From Macrostomum lignano (lineage: Eukaryota), in NCBI GenBank assembly GCA_002269645.1, contig NIVC01000738.1, positions 248,001 to 312,000 on the forward strand: a stretch of 64,000 nucleotides of DNA. Direction: 5' to 3'. Both the position numbers and the translations under genes were made by a program. The number at the start of each line of letters is the position of its first letter. Within the stretch, counting starts at the first letter, position 1. The notes under the pieces are model-generated. The model was given only the letters and a program-made list of their open reading frames with translations, was not told the DNA's origin and did no database searches. Positions 43,140 to 55,152 of the stretch are shown in pieces.

Positions 43140-45443
43140 ATGCCCAGAGTGCCATTCAAGTCTGGCAGCAGTCGCAAGCGCCAGCTGAGCCCAGTTGCTG
43201 GGCCAAAGGCTGCCAAATCGTGTCGGCTGCAGCTGCAGGACCAGGTTGGCACATTGGGGTGCAGTGGTCAGCACCGTTGCTTTCTGATCTGAGCCCTCTT
43301 GTGGCCTAGGATTCAGCTCTTAGCCACTCAGAACCACCTCTTAGCCCCCTCAAGATCACCTCTTAGCCCCTCGGGACCACTTCTTAGCCCCCCTCAGGAC
43401 TACCTCTTAGCCCCTCGGGACCACTTCTTAGCCCCCCTCAGAACCACCTCTTAGCCCCCTCAATATCACCTCTTAGCCCCTCGGGACCACCTCTTAGCCC
43501 CCCTCAGGACCACCTCTTAGCCCCCCTCAGGACCACCTCTTAGCCCCCCTCAGGACCATCTCTTAGCCCCCCTCAGGACCACCTCTTAGCCCCCCTCAGG
43601 ACCATCTCTTAGCCCCCCTCAATATCACCTCTTAGCCCCTTAGACCATCTTTTAGCCCCTCAGGATCACCTCTTAGCCCCTTAGACCACCTTTTAGCCCC
43701 TCAGGATCACCTCTTAGCCCCTTAGACCATCTTTTAGCCCCTCAGGATCACCTCTTAGCCCCTTAGACCACCTTTTAGCCCCTCAGGATCACCTCTTAGC
43801 CCCTTAGACCACCTTTTAGCCCAATCAGGATCACCTCTTAGCCCCTCAGGACCACCTTTTAGCCCCTCAGGATCACCTCTTAGCCCCTCAGGACCACCTT
43901 TTAGCCCCTCAGGACCACCTTTTAGCCCCTCAGGACCACCTTTTAGCCCCTCAGGATCACCTCTTAGCCCCTCAGGATCACCTCTTAGCCCCTCAGAATC
44001 ACCTCTTAGCCCCTCAGAATCACCTCTTAGCCCCTCAGAATCACCTCTTAGCCCCTCAGGACCACCTCTTAGCCCCTCAGGACCACCTCTTAGCCCCCCT
44101 CAGGACCACCTCTTAGTCCCTGAGCTCCCAGAATTTCATCCCGAGTCCAACCCCAATGTTGCTCACCCCAGGAGGCGGCCAGAGAGGCGCACTCGCGGGA
44201 GCTGCTGTTCAACCAGTACGCCGATGCAGACGGATGCGGTGGCATCATCAAGGCTGCTGGCGTGGAGGCGCTGTGCCGAGACCTCGGCCTGGACCCTGCA
44301 GACATCCGCCTGCTGCTGCTTGCCTGGCTGTGCTCGGCCGGGGAGATGTGCACCTTCACCCGCGATGAATTCCTCCGCGGTTGTCAACGGCTGCGCGCTG
44401 CCTCCATCAGCCGCCTGCGGACCGGCCTGGACGACAAGCTCGCCTATATGCGCTGCCACAGTCAGCAGAGGGACAAGCCTGACTGCGGAGATGTCAATGC
44501 TGACTCCTGCAGTAGGGAGACCGAGTTTAGGGATCTGTACCGGTGAGCAGCTTGGGCATTGTTCCCGCTTCACTCCTTACTGAATCTGCTCCTCCGCTAC
44601 CTCAGAATCCTCCCCCCCGCCGCCTCAGAATCCGCCCTTCCGCTGTCTCAGAATCCGCTCCCCGCCGCCTCAGAATCCGCCCCCCCCCACGCCGCTCAGA
44701 ATCCGCCCCCCCCCACGCCGCTCAGAATCCGCCCCCACGCCGCTCAGAATCCGCCCCCCTACGCCGCTCAGAATCCGCCCCCACGCCGCTCAGAATCCGC
44801 CCCCCACACCGCTCAGAATCCGCCTCCCACGCCGCTCAGAATCCGCCCCCCCACGCCGCTCAGAATCCGCCCCCCCCCCCCCTACGCCGCTCAGAATCCG
44901 CCCCCACGCCGCTTAGAATCCGCCCCCACGCCGCTTAGAATCCGCCCCCCACGCCGCTCAGAATCCGCCCCTCCGCTGCCTCTGAATCCGCCCCTCCGCT
45001 GCCTCAGAATCCGCCCCTGCGCCGCCCCAAGAATTGAGAATCCGCCCTCCGCCGTCTGAGAATCCGCCCTTCCACTGCCTGACCGAAATTCCAGCTGGAC
45101 ATTCGAGTTTGGTCTGGAGCCCGGCCAGCGCACTCTGCCCATCGCCATGGCCGTCGACCTCTGGCAGCTGGTGTTCGAGGCGCGGCCAACCGGCCCGCCC
45201 GCCATCCTGCCCGCCTGGCTCAGCTGGCTTCGCTCTGGCGGCCACGGCGTCCGAGCAGTCACTCGCGACACCTGGCGGATGTTCTTGGCCTTCGCCGACG
45301 CCTGCGCTGCGGCCGGCGGCGACCTGTCCGCCTATGACCAAAGCGAGGCCTGGCCGTCCCTCATCGACGACTTCGTGGAGGCCGAAATTCGGCGGCTGGG
45401 CCAGCAGCCCCTTGAAGCTGATGACGCCTGTGGTGGCTGGTGA
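43140..45443 (+). CDS. DCUN1D3: DCN1-like protein (cullin neddylation E3, PONY domain), closest in motifs to DCUN1D3; exons 43140-43244, 44172-44542, 45095-45443; 274 aa
   Basis: LFNQYAD, GVEALCRDLGLDP, LLLAW, MCTFTRDEF, FRDLYRWTFEFG, MAVDLWQLVF, RDTWRMFL, AWPSLIDDFVE. Phases are consistent; the exon 1 donor (GTTGGC) is weak. Confidence 0.88.
43315..44120. repeat. 21-23 bp minisatellite in DCN1 intron 1
   Basis: Unit ACCACCTCTTAGCCCCTCAGG. Confidence 0.95.
44590..45070. repeat. About 22-bp C-rich minisatellite in DCN1 intron 2
   Basis: Unit CGCCGCTCAGAATCCGCCCCCA. Confidence 0.92.
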
Positions 45444-45755
45444 CCCCCGTTCACTGTGACTGGTGATTCCGTTCACTGTGACTGGTGACCCCGTTCACTG
45501 TGACTGGTGACCCCGTTCACTGTGACTGGTGACCCCGTTCACTGTGACTGGTGACCCCGTTCACTGTGACTGGTGACCCCGTTCACTGTGACTGGTGATC
45601 CCCGTTCACTGTGACTGGTGATCCCCCTTCACTGTGACTGGTGACCCCCCTTCACTGTGACTGGTGATCCCCGTTCACTGTGACTGGTGATCCCCGTTCA
45701 CTGTGACTGGTGATCCCCGTTCACTGTGACTGGTGACCCTGTTTACCGTGACTGG
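45437..45755. repeat. 22-bp minisatellite starting at the DCN1 stop codon
   Basis: Unit CTGGTGACCCCGTTCACTGTGA. Confidence 0.93.
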
Positions 45756-46199
45756 GGTCCTGGCCTCGCTGTTGCCGAAGCTGTCACTGCCTGCGCACTT
45801 TCTAGCACGTATTGCGTCATGATGCTTTCAGATGCCTGCAGAATACTGTACAACTAAGCTCTTGCCACTGAGCGTTCTGCGGCCAAAGCTGTCTCCAAAA
45901 CAATGAGTTGCTAATCAGCTCCAACTCTGTTCCTGTTCTCATGCAGCGTGCCATTGGATATTGTAAATATAGGCTGCAGTTTGCATCTAGTCGGTAGGGG
46001 ACCGGGGTAGCTTTGCTCTTATAGTTTATTACCTGCGTGCTTTTATTTAATTCTCCTCCAGCAAGTTCGATCGTTAAGCTCAGTAATTATTCAGTTTTCA
46101 CCAACAGTTCGCAATATTGTAAGCTGTGTTAATACAATATAAGGAACTAAAGCTTTTTACCTACTACTACCAGTAGTGTTTTATGGCCATATTAACTCT

Positions 46200-47070
46200 G
46201 ATTAGCAACTGTCACCAAGCCAGAGAAATCTCCCTTAGAAACTGTCACCAAGCCAGAGAAATCTTCCTTAGCAACTGTCACCAAACCATAGAATTCCCAC
46301 TTAGCAACTGTCACCAAGCCAGAGAATTCCCCCTTAGCAACTGTCACCAAACCATAGAATTCCCCCTTAGCAACTGTCACCAAGCCAGAGAATTCTCCCT
46401 AGCAACTGTCACCAAGCAAAAGAAATCTCCCTTAGCAACCGTCACCAAGCCAGAGAAATCTCCCTTAGCAACTGTCACCAAGCCAGAGAAATCTCCCTTA
46501 GCAACTGTCACCAGGCCAGAGAATTCCCCCTTAGCAACTGTCACCAAACCATAGAATTCCCCCTTAGCAACTGTCACCAAACCATAGAATTCCCCCTTAG
46601 CAACTGTCACCAAGCCAGAGAATTCCCCCTTAGCAACTGTCACCAAACCATAGAATTCCCCCTTAGCAACTGTCACCAAGCCAGAGAATTCCCCCTTAGC
46701 AACTGTCACCAAACCATAGAATTCCCCCTTAGCAACTGTCACCAAACCATAGAATTCCCCCTTAGCAACTGTCACCAAGCCAGAGAATTCCCCCTTAGCA
46801 ACTGTCACCAAACCATAGAATTCCCCCTTAGCAACTGTCACCAAACCATAGAATTCCCCCTTAGCAACTGTCACCAAGCCAGAGAATTCTCCCTAGCAAC
46901 TGTCACCAAGCAAAAGAAATCTCCCTTAGCAACCGTCACCAAGCCAGAGAAATCTCCCTTAGCAACTGTCACCAGGCCAGGGAATTCTCTCTTAACAACT
47001 GTCACCAAGCCAGAGAATTCTCCCTAGCAACTGTCACCAAGCCAGGGAATTCTTGTCTAGCAGCAGTCAC
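46200..47070. repeat. 33-bp minisatellite
   Basis: Unit TTAGCAACTGTCACCAAGCCAGAGAATTCCCCC. Confidence 0.95.
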
Positions 47071-47213
47071 CAGGCGAAAGAAATTCTCTCTAGAAGGAAT
47101 TCTCCAATTGCAGCTCATCAAGTGCCATCACTAACATTTCAGCGAGCCTCCCCCGCAGCGGACGGCCTCCCACTGATCTCAGTAAAGCCCAGTTCGAGTC
47201 TCCTTCATCAGCG

Positions 47214-47982
47214 ATGCAGTCGCTAGCAGCACCGGCGCTGCTGCTGGCGCTGCTGCTTTGCCTGCTGGCCGCGGCGCCGGCCTCCGCCCAATACGAGGAC
47301 TCGCGCTGCAAGTGCATCTGCCCGGTGGACCCCGGCTCTGGCGCCAACGGCACCAGCGGCAACCGGCGCCGCATCTGGATCACCACCGTGCCGTTCGGCG
47401 AATGCAACTGCGAGAAGGTGCTTCGCATTGTGCTACATTTCTCCTTTGCAGTTCAAATCAGTTACTGGCTACTCGCAGTAGCAAAAACAAAAACAGTTCG
47501 AAAAAAGTTAAGAGTTAAACTCACCCGCCTTCTCCAATCGCCCGCAGGTCGTCGACCCGCTGCCCTCTAAGGCCGCCGAGTTCTGCCTGCGCTGCCAGTG
47601 CAAAAGCGAGACCCGCAGCACCGCCATCCAGAAGGTGGTGGTGGTGCTGGTGCTGTGCATCATCATCTCGCTGTGCCTGTACATGCTGTTCCTGTCCATC
47701 CTGCACCCGCTGCTGGTCAAGGCCCGGCTGTACCAGCCGCACGTCAAGCTGGAGGAGCAGCCCGACCAGGCCTCGCTGCACTCTGCCACCCCTGCCGCCG
47801 CCGCCGCTGCCTCCGCCGGTGGAAGCCGCCCAGCATCAACCGCCAGCTCGGCGGGCTCCCAGACCTCCGCGCAGCAAGTCAGCAGCGTGGTGAACCGGGC
47901 CGTCAACCGGCAGGAGCGGTGGACCCGCGCTGTGGAGGTGCAGCGCGACCGGGTGTACGCCCAGCACTCCATGCTCAACTGA
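47214..47982 (+). CDS. TMEM9: TMEM9-family protein, exons 47214-47417 and 47548-47982; 212 aa
   Basis: Signal peptide, EDSRCKCICP, CNC, FCLRCQCKSETRS, one TM segment (VVVVLVLCIIISLCLYMLFL), C-terminal QERWTRAVEVQRDRVYAQHSMLN. Confidence 0.93.
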
Positions 47983-48099
47983 GCTGTCTTCACCGCTGAG
48001 ACTGAGGCTTCATCAAAGTTTTTCATGTTACTCTTTAGTGTCATTATAGTTGTCATTGTGTCAGACCAGATTTAAAGTGTCAGTGTGTGTGTCAGATTC

Positions 48100-48505
48100 A
48101 AGCTGTGACTGTGTGTGTCAGGCTCAAGCTGTCTGTGTGTCTGGCTCAAGCTGTCCGTGTGTCAGGCTCAAGCTGTCTGTGTCAGGCTCAAGCTGTCTGT
48201 GTGTCAGGCTCAAGCTGTCTGTGTCAGGCTCAAGCTGTCTGTGTGTCAGGCTCAAGCTGTCTGTGTGTCAGGCTCAAGCTGTCTGTGTGTCAGGCTCAAG
48301 CTGTCTGTGTGTCAGGCTCAAGCTGTCTGTGTGTCAGGCTCAAGCTGTCTGTGTGTCAGGCTCAAGCTGTCTGTGTGTCAGGCTCAAGCTGTCTGTGTGT
48401 CAGGCTCAAGCTGTCTGTGTGTCAGGCTCAAGCTGTCTGTGTCAGGCTCAAGCTGTCTGTGTGTCAGGCTCAAGCTGTCTGTGTCAGGCTCAAGCTGTCT
48501 GTGTC
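48100..48505. repeat. 20-22 bp minisatellite
   Basis: Unit GTGTCAGGCTCAAGCTGTCTGT. Confidence 0.95.
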
Positions 48506-48739
48506 AGGTCGCAGTATAAATTATATACATATTCCTACTTAATAATGATAGGCAGTGATTTAAAAGTCAAAAATGGTTGATTGCCGCAGTGAAATAAGAA
48601 ATTTTGCCCTTTCAACTTTCTATTTTATGAGCGTCTCGCTTTTCAAATTGTAATTTTCGGCTCACATGTATTCGGGCCTCATCACTGCTTGTAAGCAGTC
48701 TCGCGCGTACAGTATGCAGTGTGCTTTACTGTGCCTGGC

Positions 48740-49350
48740 ATTGAGTGACTGGCATGCTGGAGTCACACCGACTGGCTAGAGATTGAGTGACTGGCCTTCT
48801 GTGGTCATACTGGCTGGCTAGAGATTGAGTGACTGGCATGCTGGAGTCACACCGACTGGCTAGAGATTGAGTGACTGGCCTTCTGTGGTCATACTGGCTG
48901 GCTAGAGATTGAGTGACTGGCATGCTGGGGGTCACACCGGCTGGCTAGAATGAGTGACTGGCGTGCTGGGGGTCACACCGGCTGGCTAGAGATTGAGTCA
49001 CTGGCGTGCTGGGGGTCACACTGGCTGGCTAGAGATTGAGTGACTGGCATTCTGTGGTCATACTGGCTGGCTAGAGATTGAGTGACTGGCATTCTGTGGT
49101 CATACTGGCTGGCTAGAGATTGAGTGACTGACATGCTGGGGGTCACACCGGCTGGCTAGAGATTGAGTGACTGGCATTCTGGGGGTCACACTGGCTGGCT
49201 AGAGATTGAGTGACTGGCATTCTGGGGGTCACACTGGCTGGCTAGAGATTGAGTGACTGGCATTCTGGGGGTCACACCGGCTGGCTAGAGATTGAGTGAC
49301 TGGCATGCTGGGGGTCACACTGGCTGGCTAGAGATTGAGTGACTGGCATG
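48740..49350. repeat. 43-bp minisatellite
   Basis: Unit GAGATTGAGTGACTGGCATTCTGGGGGTCACACTGGCTGGCTA. Confidence 0.93.
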
Positions 49351-50102
49351 CCGGTTCAATAAGTGCATGCCAGCTGGTAATCCGAGGTACCACTTTTCCA
49401 TTCCATTCCTGTTAGAGAAGCCTGCACGCGATTGAAACTCTAATCAGTGAAATGTTGCATTGATTGCCTTATGTAATGCTGTGTAAATATTCAATAAATT
49501 TCATCCTACTCTGGGCTTTGCGACCAAGTGATAAGCATTATTCAGATTTAGTTCGCTTCGAGTAATCGCACAGCTTGTCGAGTTTCTATTTGATAATTTT
49601 TTAACGCTTCATTTCTCACTTGTAGTGCTCAAGAGTAGCAGAGATTGGTGCTTGGCTTGGATTCACACATATTACATGTACTTTGGCGTTCGCACCAAGA
49701 AACTCGGATTGCTAGCTCGAGTGAGTTTGTTTAAAGAAACTTTGCGCTTCGACTCGACCCGAACCGGACTTGGAAAACGCGAGTCCAAATTCATTCCTAG
49801 ATCTGCAGAGTCCCCAGATAGTCTAGTTCTGAACGAATGTCACATTTAAGCTTCATCAAACTGGGCAAAAGTAAAGGAAACTGCCAATAAAAACCAACGG
49901 TATCCTGCAAGATCTTGCAAGGAAACTATTTTTGTCAAAGAAATTTCATAGATCACGCTTCGCGTTCGCACAGACTATGAACGTGCATCTCGTCCTCAGT
50001 CTATTTTTAGCCCGCAGGCCATAGACGGGGAGCCGCAGAAGCGCGGGCTGGCAGAGCCGAAATGCCTTTGGCCGCCCCCGCAGACCGGCAGTCCCCGCCA
50101 GC

Positions 50103-53100
50103 ATGGCCGGCCGCTTTCTTTCGCCGGCATTTCTCGCGCCAACCTCGCTGCGGTACCCCCCAAACTCCGCCTGCGCCCCCGTCTGCACCATGCAGTCGCT
50201 CTTGTCGGCGACAGACTCGGAGCTGTCCGACATCCTGGCCTCCATCAGCAACGAGGACGAGGAGGAAGCGGACTGCGACTTCCACAGCGCCGGCCAGGGC
50301 TTTGACAGCGACTTGGCGAATCGCGGCATGCGGCAGATCCGCCTGCTGTTGGCCAGGGCTCTGCGGGTTCGAGTTCGGGACCACCTGCTCAGCGAATTCC
50401 TGCGCTCCGCGCTCACCGACTCCTTAGGCCTTACCAAATCTGGTGGGACCGTTTTGCCTGCGCAGGCCGCCGCCGTTGCCGCCGACCGCAGCACCGAGCG
50501 GGACACCATCACTGCGATGGACGCGCAGACTCCGCCTCATTTCCAGCAGCTGGCTGCCTCATCCCGATGCCGGTCTCTCCTGGCCGAACGGCTGCGTCAA
50601 GTCTTCTTTCCTGACAGGTGCGCGCGGCTGCTCATCGACTCGCTGCTGGCGAAGCAACTCAGGCTGTGCGGAGAGGCGCTCACCTGCCCGATGCTCACAG
50701 GGGCTGCCGACAGGGACAGTGAGTTGGACTCGTCTTCTGGCACTCCTGCCCGCCACCCACCCCATCTACAGGCACCCGGACTCTCACATACCCCATCTAC
50801 AGACACCCGGACTCTCACCCACCCCATCTGCATGCACCCGAACTCTCACCCACCCCATCTGCATGCACCCGAACTCTCACCCACCCATCTGCATGCACCC
50901 GAACTCTCACCCACCCCATCTGCATGCACCCGAACTCTCACCCACCCCATCTGCATGCACCCGAACTCTCACCCACCCTATCTACAGACACCCGAACTGT
51001 CACCCACCCAGCCACCGCAGACACCCGCCGCAGCGCCAGCAGCACATCTACGCGGAAGCCTTCACCGCCCCGCCGTCAGCGCCGCCGTCGACGTAGCAGC
51101 CGACAGCGCCGTCAGCAGCGCCGGCTGGCCCGCCGGCAAAGCCGAAGCTGCTCCGCCTCGACGCCTTCCACGCTGAAGTCGGTCGAGTTCGCTCTTCAGG
51201 TGGACCAGCCGGAACTGCAGCCCGCCGCGGCCGCCGCGGTGGTTCCGGCGCTGAACACAGACGGCAGCAACTCGTACCGGCAGCAGCCGCAGGCAAAGCA
51301 AACGTCCAGGTGCGCATTGTGAATATTAGTTGAGTTCACACGATCACCTGAGTTTCGCACGTTTCCGTTTATAAAAGCACGCATTAACCGCGCAATTTCC
51401 ATCCTTAATTTTTATACGATATGAAAAGCGCCCCTTGAACTTCTCAAGAATCGCCTTTACGTGGTCCGCAAGCCCCCAAAGTCTTCATGAATCGCCTCCA
51501 AACCCTTCAGAAATCGCCTTCAAACCATTTAGGAATCGCCTCCAAACCCTTCAGGAATCGCCTCCAAACCCTTCAAGAATCGCCTCCAAACTCTTCAAGA
51601 ATCGCCTCAAAACTCTTCAAGAATCGTCTCCAAACTCTTCAAGAATCGTCTCCAAACTCTTCAAGAATCGCCTCCAAACTCTTCAAGAATCGCCTCAAAA
51701 CTCTTCAAGAATCGTCTCCAAACTCTTCAAGAATCGCCTCCAAACTCTTCAAGAATCGCCTCCAAACTCTTCAAGAATCGCCTCCAAACTCTTCAAGAAT
51801 CGCCTCCAAACTCTTCAAGAATCGCCTCCAAACTCTTCAAGAATCGCCTCCAAACTCTTCAAGAATCGCCTCAAAACTCTTCAAGAATCGTCTCCAAACT
51901 CTTCAAGAATCGCCTCAAAACTCTTCAAGAATCGTCTCCAAACTCTTCAAGAATCGCCTCCAAACTCTTCAAGAATCGCCTCCAAACTCTTCAAGAATCG
52001 TCTCCAAACTCTTCAAGAATCGCCTCCAAACTCTTCAAGAATCGCCTCCAAACTCTTCAAGAATCGCCTCCAAACTCTTCAAGAATCGCCTCCAAACTCT
52101 TCAAGAATCGCCTCCAAACTCTTCAAGAATCGCCTCAAAACTCTTCAAGAATCGTCTCCAAACTATTCAAGAATCGCCTCAAAACTCTTCAAGAATCGCC
52201 TCAAAACTCTTCAAGAATCGCCTCCAAACTATTCAAGAATCGCCTCAAAACTCTTCAAGAATCGCCTCAAAACTCTTTAAGAATCGCCTCCAAACTCTTC
52301 AAGAATCGTCTTCAAACTCTTCAAGAATCGCCTCCAAAGTCTTCAAGAATCGCCTCCAAACTCTTCAAGAATCGCCTCCAAACTCTTCAAGAATCGCCTC
52401 AAAACTCTTCAAGAATCGCCTCCAAACTATTCAAGAATCGCCTCCAAACCCTTGAAGAGTCGCCCTCAGAAGACTGACTAAGCATCAACAAGCCCTAATT
52501 AGCTTATTTTTAGCTCTGGAGTCGATAGCTCTGAGAATTCGCGCGTTCGCCGCCAGGTCCGCACCATATACTGACTAATGGAACTTACAGTACATATAAT
52601 ACGTACATACGTCTTAGTAGGTGTAAATATACTCACAACCTCTCGAGGCAGGCAGCCACCGCGAGTGATTTGCAAGGCAAGCTGGGCTCCAGTTCACCTG
52701 CTGCTGCTGTGATATGATAGAAGCTTTGCACTTGTACCAGGGGGTCAAGGCACAAGTTTGTTTTACTAAATACACCATGAAAGCTCGTACACATGTACAT
52801 TTAAAACTCCTAACCGCCACAACCGCAGCTTCTCGACAGGTATCGCTCATTTTGATGCAGAGCACAGTTTAGCCCGCGGGCTGGAGGATAACCAGCATCA
52901 TCAACAGCGGCATCGCAATCGGCATCGCGAACGTAATCATAAGCATCGCCAGCACCATCAGCATCATCACCATCACCAACATCAGCATCATCAGCATCAG
53001 CCGCATCAGCATTATCAGCCGCCACCGGCAGTGACGCAGACCAGCTTGTGCCAGCGGCTCTGCCTCCTGCACTCTACTCCCGGCGGTTTCAAAGCCTCTC

Positions 53101-53366
53101 TAAAGCCGTCGCCGACTGCCTCGTCCACCTGCGCGGTGTGCGCCTCGAGGCACTTCCTGCTGCGCCAGTTAGGCCGGATGGTGGCCAGCAGGGCAACAGG
53201 ACAGCTGGCCGAGCTAGAGCGGACCCTCGGTGACTGCCTGGAGCAGCAACGGCGCTGGCAGCGCAGCCTGCAGTGGATCGCTAGCAACGTGAAGGAGCAT
53301 CGGCTGCCCGGCTCTGTTCGCCCGTTCGTGAATTCCTGCGGCTGCTCGGCGGATCGCAGCTTCTGA
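50103..53366 (+). CDS. Hypothetical protein of about 480 aa with Arg-rich and His/Gln-rich tracts; proposed exons 50103-50718, 51021-51309, 52829-53366
   Basis: GC-rich codon-like segments join in frame through GT-AG junctions (phases 1 and 2). No family recognised; the start could be 50190. Confidence 0.55.
50750..51010. repeat. About 31-bp minisatellite in a predicted intron
   Basis: Unit CCACCCCATCTGCATGCACCCGAACTCTCAC. Confidence 0.88.
51440..52460. repeat. 22-bp minisatellite in a predicted intron
   Basis: Unit CTCTTCAAGAATCGCCTCCAAA. Confidence 0.96.
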
Positions 53367-55152
53367 TCGGATGAACTGACCCCGCAGCCCCCGTGCTCGA
53401 TTCCCTTGGAGTTAGCTTTGAGATCCCTGGATGCACGCGTATCGGCTCGGCTTGGGGAGTTTTTACGCCGTGAGCAATAAAAATATCTATCTATCCATGT
53501 TGCACTGTGAGTCAAAGGAGCCTTGTACATATTTAATTAGTTCTAAAATTTCAAGGCTACTTATTGTTTTTCTTTCGTTTTCTTTTTGAATTTTTCACTT
53601 TAGTTCATCGCTCTCAAGAAAAGCGTTATTTTAGTCTACTTCTTTTATTTTTGATAATTCATCTACAATCTTTCAGCGACACGTGCGAGCGTTGCAGCAA
53701 AAAATAAAACAAGGAAAATAACTGAAATAATTTGCTTCTGAGAGGAGTTATAAATACATGTTTTTTAAGAAAGTTTTTGTAGCCTTGCGGCCAAGTTCAG
53801 ATCTACATCTAACTGCGCGAATTCTTTTTAACAACTTATCTGAAAATATTTGTCTTGACAGGGAATGAATATCTAATTTTTGAAAATCTGGCAATTGCCA
53901 CTAATATGTTTACTCTTTGCAAGTTGAGTTGGTTTTATTGTTTGACATATCGTATTATTTTAATTCAGAATGGAACCGAAAATGCAGAAATAGCTGGCGC
54001 ATTTAATAAGCTTTATCATTTTAAATAGGAGTCTCTTGATAAACTAAGACACGTTTAATTAGTTTTGAATGGTCAAAGATGAGACACATCTATTTGTTGG
54101 TTCTGACCTGACGAAAAGATGAAAATTCGAAATTTACTTTTTCTAGGAAACCACATCCCTAATTCTCTGATAAGAGGGAGTAATAATACTTCATTCACCG
54201 TGTGAGTGTATGTTATTTAGTATTTTAAACTATAATGATCGTTGCAAATCGCTATAACTATCCAGCAATCAACTAGGAAAGTCAAGAATAGAAAGAAGTG
54301 ACAAACATATAGCGATGACTATTTGATCACGTATTATAATTTTAAAAAAATTAAAATGACTGGGAACTTAAATATTGCCTTGTGGCAACTGGCCATATGC
54401 AGGCTTTTTACTTTTTATTAAATAATATAATACTATTAAATAATAGTCTTAGGATAATTTATATTGATTTGCTAAACAATGCAATAGTTTTTTAGATTAC
54501 AAATAAATATTAAATGAAAAACTAAATAACTTGAAGAGAAACTTTAGGAATTTGTAAAGAAGTACACATTTAAATGAACGCCAAAGCATATTTATTGTGA
54601 TGGGAGACACATTTAACGACACAAAACTGTTCAAAAAGACAGCACAACTTGTCAGGTAGACATTGATACCATTTCAATAGGTTATAGTAGCAGTAGATGT
54701 GGCATGTGGGTAATATTGGCTGATCTAGTCGAGCATCCAACCAAATTGCTTGGACTTTGATATTCATTTAAGTTAAGAATAATTAGACATGCACTTCTTT
54801 ATAATTGCCAAACTTTATTATTCATAATAGGTAAAACTATAAAGCCAAATATAAAGTTTTAAATTTTATGAAAATGGTGTCTGATCTGATATAGTCTGAT
54901 ATCCTAGATTTAAATATATTTATATATTTTATTTATTTCTCTAATTAACTAGAACATTACTAATTAAATTGGCAAGTTGTTATTTTTATTATTTATTTAG
55001 AAATTATGCATTTTGGATAAGACAAACTTATATATAAACTTTTAATGATTTATAATATACAAATTTAATTATTATATAAAAACATCTAAATTTATACCTT
55101 GTTATAAAAACTTTATTAAACTTTTTCAGCCATAGACTAATGCAGTTTTAAC

